In this document: positions 62,099 to 64,000 of the stretch, piece by piece
How the letters are laid out: the number at the start of each line of letters is the position of its first letter
How positions within the stretch are numbered: position 1 is the first letter of the stretch
Assembly (NCBI GenBank): GCA_012026655.1
Contig: JAAILG010000147.1
Span: 1 to 64,000 of the forward strand
Source of the DNA: Hydrolagus affinis
Lineage: Eukaryota
Direction of reading: 5' to 3'
Length of the DNA stretch: 64,000 nucleotides
Notes under the pieces: model-generated
Database searches by the model: none
The model's input: only the letters and a program-made list of their open reading frames with translations
Told to the model about the DNA's origin: nothing
Position numbers and translations under genes: made by a program

Positions 62099-64000
62099 CA
62101 GAATGCTTTTATGTAAAGGCATCACTGAAACGATACCTTTCTGCAGAGCTGCATTGGTCTAGGAAACATATAGCTCAGCCTGTCAGTGAGAGGGGAGGTA
62201 AGAGGTAAGATACAGAATCACAGTATCAATATTGCTAGGACAACAACAACTAATCTAAAGCTCTCCCTTGCTATGAGTTTTTGGGTTGGAGTTTGATTCC
62301 TGAATGGTTTATTTAAAGGTAAGCTTCATAGTTCCACTCTTCCTCTCTTTCCTGCCCACTCCAATCCAGTCTATTGAATCTGTGATAGAATAGCATTCTT
62401 TTGCAATTAAAACATTCTCAGTCACCAACTGATTCCCAATAGGTTGACATCAGTACTGAAGGTTTTCACTGGACAGAGAGTTCAATAATTGGGACAATTT
62501 CGCCAGGGTGTCCCAATTAACAGCCTTCAACTGCACATTTATTGAACTGCTCTATTGCACTAACACCAGAACACCAGGGAGAAGCATGAATTAAATATTC
62601 TGTCTCTTCACATTAACCCAGTGAAGCACTGCTAAGTTCGGCTCTACTCCTGTTAAGCCAGCACACATCATTACAGGAAACTTGATCTGCATACAGTGAG
62701 GCTGAGATATATGAACATGGTGAAGGGTCCCTGCACAATGGGAATGAGCAATACAAAGATTAGTCAAATCCAACCTTTATGTGCATCAATTCGGAGGATA
62801 CACTTATGGGAAAGATTCTAGACGTAGTGGTCTCAAACTCAGCAAGGATATTGGCTTTTATTTAAACAGAACATTCTGCTTTGATCCTAAGATTTAAAAA
62901 TCCTTTCCAAAAGATGTACGGTTATCTATAAGATTGGACGGGAATGAGGCCACAGAGAAAATTTGCCCTTTTAAAATGAGTGTATTTGAATTCTGTGATT
63001 GCTTGATAGACTGCTAGAATTTTTTTAGCTCAGTCAATAGACCTGCAAATTTCACTCATCTGCATCCATTTGATAATGTGATTTGTTGAAGCTATTTGTT
63101 GATACACAGATACGGGTGAGCACACAGGAAAAGAACAGCTACTTTGAATTCCAGGGATGTAAAAAATTGAAAAGTCATACAAACATTTAAAACCTGAAAA
63201 GGATGCGAATCGATGAGTTTCACAGTGATGCGTCACTGTTCAGGAACTTTGTTGCTGGTTGTAGGCTGGTGCAGTGACCACGGAAGAAATCCGCTGATGG
63301 ATAAGTCTGCATCACAACATCTTTAAGGCTCTGCTGTTATCGCTCATTCTCACCCCTCCACAAGAACATGGCACTGGCCTTGATTGTTCTAAAGGTGTCA
63401 CCCAGCAGTAACAGGGTAAGAGGTTTTCCTTATCCAAAAATCTCTTCACTTGGGGAAAAAAACATGAAGAGTCAAGGTTGGCACAAGGGCAAAGGCCTGG
63501 GGAAGTGCTGCCTAGTAACTAGTTAAGGTTTGGGGATGCTGAGGTCAATGCAGCCTCTTTTGAGCTTCAGCAGGTTTCTGCTTTATTAGTCCTATTTATC
63601 TTTATCTGTAAGTCAGCTGAGTGTATTCTCCTTGAGGCAGCAATGCCCAAACCAGCCTTGCTTTTCTCTTGAGGGAATTCAGCAGACACCTCACTCTTAT
63701 TCACATGACCTTCTGCATCTTCCAGCGAGCAACAGACTGGGTCAAGTGAAGTGTAAAGACTCTTTGCTTGTGAAGAGTCTGAGCCACTGGTGCTGGAGAG
63801 TCAGGGCTAAGCTGTCACACCGCAGTGTCAGGATGCGTTTGTGAGGAAGATTAATCACTTTGTTTTTTTTATATCAAACAGGAAAGAGGTGGGGGAGAGC
63901 ACACAAGGCAGTGAGCAGCCTGACTGGCCAACTGATTGTTTAGATAATTACTCGCAGCCACAATAAAAAATGGATTTGTTCTAATGACTTCTTCATGGAA

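Overview
Eukaryotic, vertebrate-type genomic DNA that is almost all intronic or intergenic. The repeat content is L2-clade LINEs with (TTG)n tails, CR1 tails, Deu-domain tRNA SINEs, Penelope pseudo-LTR remnants and Tigger/pogo-type MITEs. This suggests a cartilaginous fish, probably a chimaera or elephant shark (inference). There are no prokaryotic genes, operons or CRISPR arrays, and nearly all ORFs in the track are noise or transposon fragments. The only host-gene signal is a pair of splice-compatible + strand exon candidates 27 kb apart (23206-23642 and 50978-51059). They encode an N-terminal peptide I cannot assign to a known gene, and there are two weaker exon candidates. Structural highlights are a perfect 35-bp inverted repeat with an internal duplication, several nested insertions (some with clear target-site duplications), a young L2 whose RT frame has a single stop, a SINE/L2 shared 3' tail, decayed hammerhead-type Penelope LTRs, a Gypsy gag/protease fossil, a probable solo LTR and an AGCT-rich 31-bp minisatellite. 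I found no clearly novel biological system; the unassigned gene is the best lead. Repeat boundaries are approximate unless termini are quoted.
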